Of a DNA stretch of 64,000 nt, positions 13,552 through 24,112 are shown piece by piece. Source of the stretch: Macrostomum hystrix (taxonomy: Eukaryota; Animalia; Platyhelminthes); assembly GCA_950097015.1 (NCBI GenBank), contig CATNEN010000010.1:682001-746000 (forward strand), read 5' to 3'. The notes beneath the pieces are model-generated. The model saw nothing but the letters and a program-made list of their open reading frames with translations, did no database searches and was not told the DNA's origin. Within the stretch, counting starts at the first letter, position 1; every line of letters begins with the position of its first letter. The translations under genes were made by a program, and so were the position numbers.

Positions 13552-13915
13552 GAGGGGCTGATGCGGCAGAGCGGTTAACGCGTTTGCCTCTCGCACCAAG
13601 GTCCCTGAACTCCACCGCGAGGCCACATTTATTTGGCGTGCAGCCGCGGAGAGAAGGCTTAGCGGCTTGTCATGCAATTCATGACCTTGAGGACCAACCT
13701 CCAAAGTACAGTGAAGTGTGCACTGTCAGACGATGAGAAAGTCAGGGCAGATGTACACACTTGTGTGTGTGTGCCTTCGTACGGTATCCGTGTGCGTGTG
13801 TGCTCAGGAGTCAGCGGAATGGGAGAATTGCCTCCACGCTGGCTGCGGGTCAGGTTTCACCAAATGATGAGCCATTGCCCGCCAGGCCGGCCTCCTGTAA
13901 TAATTATTATAAGCA
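13552..13915 (+). mobile_element. tRNA-derived SINE, family A, near full-length copy
   Basis: Head ggggctgatgcggcagagcgg (A-box-like) with degenerate B-box. The body matches 38830-39000 and 51105-51378 on the minus strand. Confidence 0.7.
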
Positions 13916-14318
13916 AGCCAATAAGTCTGCTGATTATTCGTCAACAAGTTGCTTGACAGGCATATATAACAATATATTTGATGGATCAGACAAATTTACA
14001 ACTCTGGCAGAATCCAGCGATAAACAGTTCGACTAATGGATCCATAATCTGCCTTATGGCAGCCACATTCAATAACGACAACAATGCATCCGTGCGAGTA
14101 GGGTAAGGGAAGCAAAAATGCACACAGAGAAGGCAGAGCGCGCAACTTCCTGGAAGCAGTTAATAAGGATTTTTAAGCCTACAATTGTTTAGATAGTGTT
14201 AATTAAATAACACATACACAGACAAATTCGAGTAGAGTTTAAACACCGTGGTAACAACTATTCCAGGAAAATCAGCCCCTGCCTCTTTACCAACGCAATG
14301 CAATCAAGCCAAAAAAGT

Positions 14319-15776
14319 TTACGCCGCCAGGATTCGAACTCGTGACCCCGGCTTCCTGGCTTGCTGCTTGAGCTGCGCCAGGGCAGCCTGCCGTGGATCG
14401 CCGGAGGCCAGGCCGGCCTCGGCGGCCCGCTGCTTGCGCAGCCGCATGCCCTTCTTAGCCTTGCGACGCCGGCGAAGCCTGTCGGTCCGGCTCAGCTCGC
14501 TGTCGCCCACCTCCTTGCCGGCCCGCCGGCCGGGCTTGTCCGCCAGCTGCTCCGGCGCAGCCTGGGATGCTGCCGCCGAAGTCGCCGTGCCGCGCACCTC
14601 CTCCATGGCCAGGGCGGGGGCGCCGCTGACAACGCGCACCCGCGGCAGCGGATTCTGCGGCGCGAAGTGAAGCCCGGAGAGCCGGTCCAGCCGGGCCAGC
14701 AGAGCGTTCAGATCCCGCCGGATCTCGTCGTGCTGCGGCAGCGACTTGGCCTCATCGGAGGCTTGCTGTCGGGCGAATTCGCTCTCATAAACCTCGGCCA
14801 GGGGGCGCGGCTTCTCAGTGTCCAGCAGCAGCGCCTTGCGATACTCGGCAGGCCGCTCCTCAGGCCGGTGCTTCCGCGTCACGCTGTCGAAGCTGGCCTC
14901 CTTGACTCTGGCCCGCACCAGCTCCTGGATGCGCGACTCCAGCTCCTCGGAGGCGAGGGGTCGCGGCCGGCCAATATGATCGAAGTCCAGATCCTCCTCC
15001 AGAAGGCCGCCCTCGGGCCTGTCGGCCGCTTCAATCTCGCCCCGCAGCTGCCAGGGCGCCGGCCGGACCAGCGAGTCCTCCAGCGCGGCGATCTCCTGGC
15101 GCATGCGCTCCTGGCTGCGCTCGAACTTTGACTTTGGACCCTTCGCCACTTTGGAGTCTTTGGACCCTTTGGACTCTTCGCTGTCCTGCGCGCCTTCGCC
15201 TTCCTCTTCCTCGTCGTCGGGCGGCCGATCGCCCGGGTGCTTGTCGGGATCCAGAAAGTCATCGAATTTCAAACTGTCGAATGGCAGATCCTCGCGATCG
15301 AAGCGAGCTGCCAGAGCTTCTTCATCATCGCTGTCGTCCTCCTCGCCATCGGCCTCCTCAGCTTCCATGGCCAGGAGCTCCTCTTGCTCAGCTTCATTCA
15401 AATCGCCACCGCGGAACATCGCGTCGTCGCCCTCGTGGTCTTCGCCATCCGCGGAATCTGACAGTCCCTCCTCCAGATCTTCGTCCGCGTCATCATCATT
15501 TTCATAAATGCTGAGATCCTCATCCTGATCAACGCCCAGATCCTTGAGCAGCAGGCCTTTATCTTTTTTGCTGTCTTCAACCTCTGTGACAGCGCCATGC
15601 TTTACCGAAACGACTGTACCCGACAGGGCTGCAGTGGCAAGGGAGGCCAGGCGGGCAGAGAAGTGGCGGGCACAGAGGGCCACTACCTGATCATGGGTTA
15701 GGCCAGTCAGCTCGCTGGCAAATATGCTGCCAAACTCAGCAAACCCTTCGTCATTTGCAGCAGGGGCTGTGGTCAT
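14319..15776 (-). CDS. MPHOSPH10: U3 snoRNP protein Mpp10 (single long exon; extreme N-terminus uncertain)
   Basis: Long acidic tract, then SKFERSQERMRQEIAALE...PWQLRGEIEAADRPEGGLLEEDLDFDH...FDSVTRK, RLDRLSGLHFAP, PALAMEEV and APEQL, followed by a basic C-terminus. These match Mpp10 family motifs. Confidence 0.9.
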   Translation of the reverse strand: MTTAPAANDEGFAEFGSIFASELTGLTHDQVVALCARHFSARLASLATAALSGTVVSVKHGAVTEVEDSKKDKGLLLKDLGVDQDEDLSIYENDDDADEDLEEGLSDSADGEDHEGDDAMFRGGDLNEAEQEELLAMEAEEADGEEDDSDDEEALAARFDREDLPFDSLKFDDFLDPDKHPGDRPPDDEEEEGEGAQDSEESKGSKDSKVAKGPKSKFERSQERMRQEIAALEDSLVRPAPWQLRGEIEAADRPEGGLLEEDLDFDHIGRPRPLASEELESRIQELVRARVKEASFDSVTRKHRPEERPAEYRKALLLDTEKPRPLAEVYESEFARQQASDEAKSLPQHDEIRRDLNALLARLDRLSGLHFAPQNPLPRVRVVSGAPALAMEEVRGTATSAAASQAAPEQLADKPGRRAGKEVGDSELSRTDRLRRRRKAKKGMRLRKQRAAEAGLASGDPRQAALAQLKQQARKPGSRVRILAA

Positions 15777-16949
15777 AGCTGTGGGAAAAGACAGCTCTCT
15801 GCAAAAAATATTTTTATCTTGCCACTAATTGCCATTTTATAGCCTAGGGAATGTAATCAATTCATTTCTAGGAATCACTTAAATGATTAAAAAAACTCAT
15901 AGTTTTGTGCTTCTAGCTGCAGAAAATAAACATTTTAGTGGCATAATATGACAGGGAAACAGCTGAAGTTCTTACAAAGTATATATATATATATAGGAGA
16001 AATCATTTTTGTTTTAGAGATGGAATGGCAGCAAAGATACTGGGGCTGCTTGGCACATATATTTATATATGAACAGGGGCCTAGAGAGGAGCAAAAAAGT
16101 GGCACAGCTTCACACAGCCCCTAGCTTAGTGAGTTGGCTGGCTCGGCACACAAACCTTACCTCAAGCAGACTGAGGTTGAGGGTTTTGGAGTGCAGATGA
16201 ACTAGCAATGGCTGGTCAAGTGTTTACTGACTGCCACAATATATTATATATACACAGATAATAGCTGCCATAAGACCTAGGTAGCCATGCTGCTAAGAAT
16301 ATACAAAAGTTGCTTAGTTAGATACTTCAAAATATTGTGTGTTTATTATCTTTTTTGCTTGAATTTCATTAAAACATGTATTTTTCTCTTTGCATGTTTA
16401 TTTCTTGTGCAGTAAATATTAGTTTAACAACAGTTTAATAAAAGTTATATTAAAACCTTGATTTAAAATCAACACTTATACAAGGCATAGGCCTACACTT
16501 CCTAAAAAATATTCACAGTTTTTAAGTGGAATAAATCTATATTTTAGAGCACTTAGGGGCACAGCAGGCCTTGCCTACCAAACTGAAACTCGGGGTCATG
16601 GCCCAGCTGTAATGCTTGATAATTTGCATGTACTACAATTAAAATGTTCTAAAGATAAAAGCAAATTCAAGATAAAATATCACTTAAATGTGTGTGATGC
16701 ACTATTATTATATAGTTTCTCTAGCTAGCTAGACAAAGCCAAAGTCAAAGGCTTACTTTAATAAGCATAATATATTACCAGATAATATAATAGATACAAA
16801 TTTTGGATATAAAATTTAAAAAATATATATTGACTGGTCTGACTGAGCGTAGGCTGCATAGCTTGGTTGGAGGTTAAACCACATGGTCGGGGGGTTGGTG
16901 CGGGTGATGCAAGTGCACGTCTGGTCGTGTGGTCGCCCACTTTATTGGA

Positions 16950-17035
16950 GGTTCCTGGACACTTCATCATATGCTTTTTCGTCATCTTACACTTCCGTCA
17001 TCAATTTTTATCAGATTGGACACTTCGTCATCCAG
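16950..17035 (+). mobile_element. TIR-like transposon end GGTTCCTGGACACTTCATCAT with subterminal GGACACTTCGTCATC repeats
   Basis: About 38 bp are the reverse complement of 24001-24038 with about 5 mismatches. Confidence 0.55.
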
Positions 17036-17209
17036 CCAATTCGCGAATCTTATAGTTAAAGTTAGGTCAGTTCATTAATCATCAATAGAAACTAGTGTTG
17101 ATTTGATTTATAAATCCCGATGCGTACAGTATACGGAAAACTGAGGGCAAAGTGTTCCAGTTCCAGGCGATCACTAATGTTTAAATTCATTCAATTTTAA
17201 TTCATACCG

Positions 17210-17350
17210 TAAAAGAAAAGTGATCGTTATAACGCGGTACAGTTAGATGGTATACTTGTAGACAGACTGTGAAAATCTAAGTAATCTAAGTAAGGAAATT
17301 AAGTATTTGAAGTGCAGTTGGAAGTGCAGTAGGTCTTGAAACCTACTAGG
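17210..17350 (+). repeat. Interspersed repeat, direct copy of 23455-23570
   Basis: aagtgatcgttataacgcggtacagttagatggtatacttgtagacagac...atctaagtaatctaagtaa versus aagtgatcgttaaaacgcggtgcagttagttggtacacttgtagacagac...atctaagtagtctaagtaa. Confidence 0.75.
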
Positions 17351-17809
17351 CTACGTATGGTATTTCGATTTATGTATGGTATATTTCGATCGATTTCGAT
17401 TTCAATACCTGCAATAAGAGGCATAATTTAAACTGTCCTAGAAAATAGAAAAGGTAAAACAATTTTTTTCTGTCGCAAGGCAATTTTCATGCATGCAAAA
17501 TGCTTTGCGCTTGTCTCTTAGTGAAAAATTATGATAATGTAAAAAATGTATAATGAATTGACTCGGGATTGACTCATGATGAGAAAACTTAATCTGATTA
17601 CGCGTCCAGTGAGGATTGAAGTCGTTTGAAAGGACCATTTTTTCACCCAGGAAAAAATCATTTAAAATCCCGTCGGGAGGAGGACTTGCATGTGTCATTT
17701 CGGGACTAGTCTTGTACCCTTATAAGTCTTGTACCCTCAGAAAGTACCCTCTAGTCAAATTTGCAACCACTTCCCTTTTTAATGCTATAGCTCTCATCTT
17801 CTCTTAGAT

Positions 17810-18910
17810 TGCAGGATCCACACTGTCTGGATTTAGAGCAAGTGGTTTAATCTCTGGGAATGTTTTCCTTTCAGTTACAGTATCCTTTATATTTTTATCA
17901 TTATCTTTTATCCGTGTTGCGGATGCAGCTCGTGCTGGCGTTGACAAGCGTGATGCAGAGGTGCCTCTGATCACTTACTTTTGGTCGAACATGTTCAATG
18001 AGTTTAGCGTTCAATGGGAGCACAGAGTTGGAGCGAATCGCCAACTTTAGAATTGTCAATGACGCTCATTGTTTGATTGAGAATCCTGATTTTATTCAGT
18101 TGGGAAGTGGTGCGGGTTTTATTTCAGATGAATAAAGGATATCTCAATGACAGTGGCTATAAAAAGAGGAAGAAGAGATGCATTGCAAGGTGCTGATGAT
18201 GCTGCTAAGAACCTCCTGTATCGGTCTGTTGATATATTCGAACCACTGAGATTTATGAGTGGATTCTGTAATAGAGTTAATCGACTGACTAGTAACTTCA
18301 GCTACACCTTTAAGATGACAAGAGTAGTAGGATCAGGGGGTTGGGTACACAGTCAAATTAGTTCAAAAAAAATTACGCACTTTTCGAGGGGTCCCTTTAG
18401 ACAACATTTTAAAAAATTAACAAACATTTTTCATACCAAAAAAGACCCCCCATTAGTAAAAAAATATTAATAAAAAAGCAAATTTCTGAACCCCCCTTGA
18501 GACAATATATTATTATTATTATTAATATTTTTTATTATTGAAAAGCTTTTTTGTATAAAAATGTTTGTTAAAATTAAAAGATATAAAACAAAAAAATACA
18601 ATACAGAAAAGTGCGTAATCTTTTTGCGAATTTGACCTCCTCCCCAACCACCTATTCCTACTACTAAGGAAATTTAGTAATATTAAAAAGTTGTTTAAAA
18701 ATGGCGACGAACCAAAACTTTTTGGGTTCTGGTCCATCGATCAATATTCTCCGTAAATCCGGTCTATTAAAATAATAGATGTGCCCGAACAAAACCCTAA
18801 ATATTCTTATATAATAGATGAAGTAGACGTTTCCACGGACACTAAACAAAAAACCTTTATTAACGAATTAAAAAAATATAGCACTGAGTATAAAATCACA
18901 GCTTGTTAAT
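17810..18910 (+). pseudogene. Polinton/Maverick (adintovirus-like) major capsid protein remnant, split by a MITE
   Basis: Frameshifted translation TYFWSNMFNEFSVQ/NGSTELERIANFRIV...GAGFISD, then DIFEPLRFMSGFCNRVNRLTSNFSYTFKMTR. After removal of the MITE it continues in frame as KFSNIKKLF...IRSIKIIDVPEQNP. This resembles the Polinton MCP pattern LF...l.lNG..iE / PL..l.GF...Kv....L.L.R / i.w.VP. Contains stops and frameshifts. Confidence 0.6.
18323..18665. mobile_element. 343-bp MITE with AGTAGTAGG...CCTACTACT termini, ~60-bp imperfect TIRs and a 3-bp TSD (AAG)
   Basis: Left agtagtaggatcagggggttggg...gtcaaatt..caaaaa..attacgcacttttc. The right end reverse complement is agtagtaggaataggtggttgggg...gtcaaattcgcaaaaagattacgcacttttc. 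AAG at 18320-22 and 18666-68. Excision restores the flanking reading frame. Confidence 0.85.
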
Positions 18911-19489
18911 ACAACTTCAAGCAAAAGCAGTTCCTGCCTATGGACCAGACTGTGCAACAGCTTGTGTAACCGCATTAGCTGCCTACAGCTTCAGATGCTA
19001 TTGCAACTGCTGACGCAGCTGCTACCACAAAGGAGTCGAAGCCAGCAATATATAATTCTCCCCAAGGCTAAAGAATAAAAACTAAACTCACAAAACGGCA
19101 ACCGAAGAAATCCCACTGGTGCTACAGCACAGCCGAATTTGCATTAACCGTGATTAGGCCTACTTTAAGACATTTACTGATGAAATTTTGCTATTGCTTC
19201 CTGAGAATATTCGCGATCAGTGGCTTCAAAAAATAGAGCAGGATTTCTTCAATTCGACTAATTATTTCCTAGTGAACCCTGCAACTCAAGAGCAAGATGA
19301 CGACATGAGCGGCGAAACGGTCGACGTCTCTGGAGAGCCTTCGACAGTGGTTGCGGCATGTCTGCCGCAGGTGCTGCTCCGCAGGTATTTGCTGTCGCAC
19401 TGGATATTCCGCAGGCAGATGCTGTTCCGCTGGCAGATGCTGCTCCACAGGCGTGTTCTGCTCCGCAAGAATCTACTGTTGCAAGAAAT

Positions 19490-19978
19490 TCTGTTAAAAA
19501 GGTCTTGAAGAGCTATTTCGAGAAAAAGGTAATTCGTGGTCAATCATGTTCGGATGTTCCTACAGAGAAGAATTTTGAGAGAGTTGAGGACGTGTGTACA
19601 AGCAGTACAACCCATGGAGGATAGAATAGAATTCTATTCTATCCTCCATGGTACAACCTTGCTGGAAATTAATAAAGCAATTCGAATGAATTCACGAAAT
19701 AACTGTTTTCTAGCTGTGCGCGCGGGAATCATTCTAAACGACGCACAGACAAAGAGTTGCGAAGAACGAAGAAAGGGTTCAGCCAGTTTCTTGATAAGAT
19801 TAAGGATGAAATTGGTACCAGCACAGCATATTTCTACATTAAGCTGGGAAGGCTGGCTGGAAAATACCCAACCATTCAACAGTTGGGTGTTCCACTCAAT
19901 GAAATAAAGAGTCACTTTAAAGAACTGCAGAAGATCTGTGAGGTGAACCCAGATTTTTGGGAAAATATGCACTATTGA
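19490..19978 (+). pseudogene. Frameshifted ORF of unknown function, probably a Polinton accessory gene
   Basis: The pieces VKKVLKSYFEKK / MEDRIEFYSILHG...CFLAVRAGIILN / KKGFSQFLDKIKDEIGTSTAYFYIKLGRLAGKYPTIQQLGVPLNEIKSHFKELQKICEVNPDFW read as one protein across frameshifts. It lies between the MCP-like and PLA2 remnants. Confidence 0.4.
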
Positions 19979-20116
19979 CATTGTCCTGTGTAAACACTAT
20001 CGTAAAGACCTACACCTCCACCTACTATGGGCACGAAAGTGGACATGACTCTCACGACAGCAGCCACCCCAATTTTCTCCTGCAAGAGAAAAAAGAGGTG
20101 GTTTTTATATTTAAAA

Positions 20117-22430
20117 ATGCTTAAATTTGTATCTGTAGTCCCCCAATCGGGTGGATCACTAGACATACAATCTGCACTCACTAATATTTCGCACAAACTT
20201 CCTTTCACACCTGGTCGGTACAAGGGTGAAATGCACATACCAGGTTACTCCTTCGCAGGTCCTGGAACAAATTTAACTTTTAGATTAAACCCTGTAACTG
20301 CATGATTTTCCATTGTCAGACAGCCTTCCTATAAACAGAAATAGAAAGGGCTACCGAACTTCAGACCACATTGCCACTCTCTTGTCGTTGATCCACAACA
20401 AAAAGCGTCGCAAAAGACCATTTCACTTAGTATTCTATGACTTAAAAAACGCATTTGACATGGTCCACCATCCAACACTTTTCCAACGACTTAGGGAGTT
20501 AAAGGTCAGCCCAGAAATAATCGAAGCAATACAAAGCATGTACTCAGGAGCTAAATTCCAACTGAAGATCTCAGATGGCCAAGCAACTAAGGCAAGGAGC
20601 ATAACAAATGGAGTAAGACAAGGCTGTCCCCTATCCCCTCTACTCTTCTCACTAATCCTTTGAGTACAATGCTAAGGGATTCATTTCGCAGCGACACCTT
20701 CATTAAAGATGAACAAATCAACAACTTGCTATACTGCGATGATCTAGTGATCTTTGGAGAGAGTCCTCGAGAGCTGCAGAAGGGCCTCGATAAAGTGTCA
20801 GAATTTTGTCAGAGCCACAAGCTAGAAATCAATATGCAAAAAACTAAGGTTATTAGCTGCTGCCCTGACCCATCAAAGACGGCTAACAAACTACTTCTGC
20901 AGGGACAACTGTTAGATAGCGTCAAAGAATGGAAATATCTTGGCTTTCACATCAATGCTAAAGGAACCGTGGATTCCCATGCCACAGAGATTAACAAAAA
21001 ATGTGGATACCCTATTCTTCTCTTAAGGAAATTAGCTAGCCATGGGGCGGTCAGATTACAATCAGCTCATGCTGTACTGCACAGCAATGATAGAAAGCAT
21101 AGCTCTGTACGCCTCCGAGGCCTGGGGGGCTTTTGTCTCGTGGAACCTGGGTCCTTGGGACCGCTGTCTTGTGGAAAGGGTAAACATCAGGTGCTGTAAA
21201 GCCATACTACAAGTCAGCCAAAATACGGATGGCAACGGGGCCCGCTCGGAGTTAGGCAGATTGCCTTTATTATACAACATCCAGAAAAGAAGCATTTCGT
21301 ACTGGGCCTCCATAACAAGCCGGCCGGACTCCATAATTTTCAAGTTATTAGCGGACCCAACATACAGTGATGTTGGAATCAAAGCAAAGATCAACAATGA
21401 CGTTATGCTGAACTGCAGAGGCATTAGTTCTGCAAAAGCAATTAAAAACCACAGGAAAAATTTCGTTTCTCAGTTTGATACCCATTGGAGACAAAGGACA
21501 CAGAACTCAAGCAAGCTAAGACACTTCTATTACTCCTTCAAGCAATATTATTCAGCCGAAAAATATTTACAGCAAATATACAACCCGGAGTTGAGACGTA
21601 CCATATCCTCGTTTAGACAATAGGAAACCATAAGCTAGCTTGCGAAACATTGCGAACTGCAAGACCGAAAATTCCGTATGAGAACAGATTATGTAGTAAG
21701 TGCAAAACAGAAGTTGAAAACGAGGTCCACTTCCTTTTTAAGTGCAGTTGGAATATGTATAGCGTAGCACGTTCGAATTTTGAGAAGGAAATTTCTGGGA
21801 AAACTCCCAATTTCATATCCTTAACAGCAGAAGAGAAATCTAACTACATAATGGCTCAAGACGCGATAGGGAAACCACTGAAGCTTTAGCAAAATACATC
21901 ATAGATATCTCTAAAATAAGGGAACAGCTGCCCTGAAACTTACAAGCTCGTATTAACATTTAACAATATATATATATTGTTTTATTCGTGGCGTCCCTTG
22001 TGTTTTTACTGCTCTTATTTTTAATACCTTTGCTTTTGCTTTTCCCTTCCCAGCTCGATAGTGGAATCCTACAAAACTTCGCTTTTTATGTTATGTTTTT
22101 CGTTGTCCATTAAAATATTTGTAACAAAAATATTTAAAGGAAAAAAATCAGCACCCATAGATGGCGTGCGCGTTTTAATAATAATAATAATAATATAAAC
22201 CCTATAGATTGGACTGCATACAGACATGATAAAAGATATAGGGATGCATAAGAAACTTCAGAAACTCCAGAAGAAGCATTATCGAAAAAACATATTGCAG
22301 ACCAACAGATGTTACAAGAGTTAGACGCAATTCCTTCAGAAGATTTAACCATAAAGGAGAGATAAACACGACACCTTGTTAAAATAATTATACAGGGAAA
22401 AGTTAAATTTGGTCTGCGGCTTGCGAAGGA
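20117..22430 (+). pseudogene. Parvovirus-VP1-type phospholipase A2 gene (Polinton/adintovirus PLA2), interrupted by a LINE; halves ~20117-20336 and 22194-22430
   Basis: The 5' half GGSLDIQSAL...KGEMHIPGYSFAGPGTNLTFRL has the Ca-binding loop. The 3' half INPIDWTAYRHDKRY...HIADQQML...KVKFGL has the catalytic DxxAxxHDxxY. Contains two stops and a frameshift. Confidence 0.8.
20337..22193 (+). mobile_element. 5'-truncated non-LTR retrotransposon (RTE/RTEX-like) with (TAA)n tail and 7-bp TSD TATAAAC
   Basis: RT motifs RKGYRTSDHI, FYDLKNAFDMV, GVRQGCPLSPLLF, LLYCDDLVI, INMQKTKVI and KYLG. C-terminal RLCSKCKTEVENEVHFLFKC. TATAAAC at 20330-36 and 22194-200. Several frameshifts and stops. Confidence 0.9.
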
Positions 22431-22861
22431 GTATACGGGTCTTTCTTATAGCGATGCCATAAAAAAGCACACCCCATATCGTAAACCAAAAATATTTAGA
22501 AAAATGATCCACCACTATATTATGTCTTCGTAATTACTATTTCCTGAATATATAATATTTTTATCACTATTGTTTGTAAACACAATAATTCTTGTATTTA
22601 TAAATAAGTTTCAAACATTTGTAAATCGGCTAAATCATTTCCTTCTTCTTTTATTTTTACTTTAGATTTGTCCTGTAAATCTTGTGCACATATTGTTTGA
22701 AGCTTTCGTCCTTGTTTAATATAATAAGCCACAGTGGAGCAGCTGTGGAGCAGCAAGTCTTTATATCCCAAGATACTCAAGATCTACTTTAAAGCTGCTA
22801 TTTTATAGAGCCCAAAATATGATACTACTGCCCAACTTCAAAAGTACGAGTATTATAGCGT

Positions 22862-23373
22862 TGTAGTGACTGTGCACTTTAGGTTGTTTTGTCCGCGCTG
22901 CACCCTAGCCTTGTTTATTCTGGCTCGCTTGCTTTGCCCTCGCCCTCGCCTCGCCGGCCGATTGGCTGAGCCGGGCAGCCCTCCCCCTTTTTTCTCTGAC
23001 AGCCTTGCGTGGCTCTGCCCCAACCAATCAGCTCTGCGTAGCTCTGCCCCTCCCCATCCAGACCGGTTAGGTTCTATTTATCACTGCCCCGTGAGCCTGA
23101 TCTTTCGCCTGACTGGCTGCTTTATATCGACCTGTAAGAGACATCGCCCGTTGTTACCTCTTTCTGGAGTGCTGGGTTCGTGTTTGCAACCTATTTTAGA
23201 AGAACAGTGTGTCCCTTCACCACTATGCGAGACAAAGTCCGAGCGTCCTAACGCCAGACTGAGTAACGTGCTATCCAGTGCGTCCCAACGCCTGGCGTGA
23301 ATCTACGATTACATTATTGGATTCAAACTTAACAGTGCCGGGCCCGGGGACCCAAAACGACCCGGTCACTACA
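22862..23373. mobile_element. Solo-LTR-like segment (512 bp)
   Basis: Starts TGTAGTGAC and ends GTCACTACA (9-bp terminal inverted repeat, TG...CA). Non-coding interior. No clear TSD. Confidence 0.6.
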
Positions 23374-23454
23374 GTTTGAAAGGAAACTAATTCCCAGCAT
23401 TATTTACAATGTGTGCGTGTGCTCTCTGAACAAATGAAAGACAAAACCCTTGAA

Positions 23455-23570
23455 TAAAACACAAAGTGATCGTTAAAACGCGGTGCAGTTAGTTGGTACA
23501 CTTGTAGACAGACAGGGGAAATCTAAGTAGTCTAAGTAATGAAGTAAATAGCAAAGAAACTACTAGACTA
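23455..23570 (+). repeat. Interspersed repeat, direct copy of 17210-17350
   Basis: See the alignment given for 17210-17350. Confidence 0.75.
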
Positions 23571-23929
23571 CTGATTATCGTGAGATGGTCAACTTGAAAC
23601 TCGAATTTCGAAATTCGAAATTCGCGCGAAGCACAAAGACAGCAACAGGGACTACTAAATACTCGGGACGGGAAACGGCCAATTCATGCAGAAAAATTTG
23701 AGTCCGATTTTCAAATTTTTCTACTCGTTTCAATTTTAATCGTGGCAATTCAGCTCTTCACTATTTGCACAAAAGTTATGTCCTATAACTTGCCGTTGTC
23801 AGCATTTTTTCTAACCACCTCACGAAAAGATATAGAAGACAGAAGGCAGAGTATTGAGTAGTCCCTGGACAGCAATAAAACAACAATTGCTGGCATCGGT
23901 TGGACATGCACCCTGCCTTAAATCGTAGA

Positions 23930-24038
23930 GATGACGAAGTGTCTACAAGTCTTGGTCACTATGTCATTCACCCTCTTAGACCCTGGACACTTCGTCATCC
24001 AGATGACAAATAAGCAGATGACGAAGTGTCCAGGAACC
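23930..24038 (-). mobile_element. TIR-like end / mini-MITE with a perfect 18-bp inverted repeat (CCTGGACACTTCGTCATC ... GATGACGAAGTGTCCAGG)
   Basis: Inverted repeat at ~23983-24035. Its terminus matches 16950-16987 in inverted orientation. Confidence 0.6.
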
Positions 24039-24112
24039 CCGTGGGTCGGCCCAGCCCAACCCCATTTAGTGTTGCGCGCTGTGCAGCGTCTGTTCAAGTG
24101 GCTTATTGATTT

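Noticed and set aside
13522-13704. Apparent mitochondrial targeting exon for the thiolase (LSLLSAAARQINVASRW)
   Set aside because: It is the antisense of SINE family A, also present at 38830-39000, and has no in-frame ATG.
22598-22780. Polinton packaging-ATPase fragment (VAYYIKQGRKLQTICAQ) on the minus strand
   Set aside because: Only faint similarity to the GRH/K motif, with no Walker A or B motif visible.
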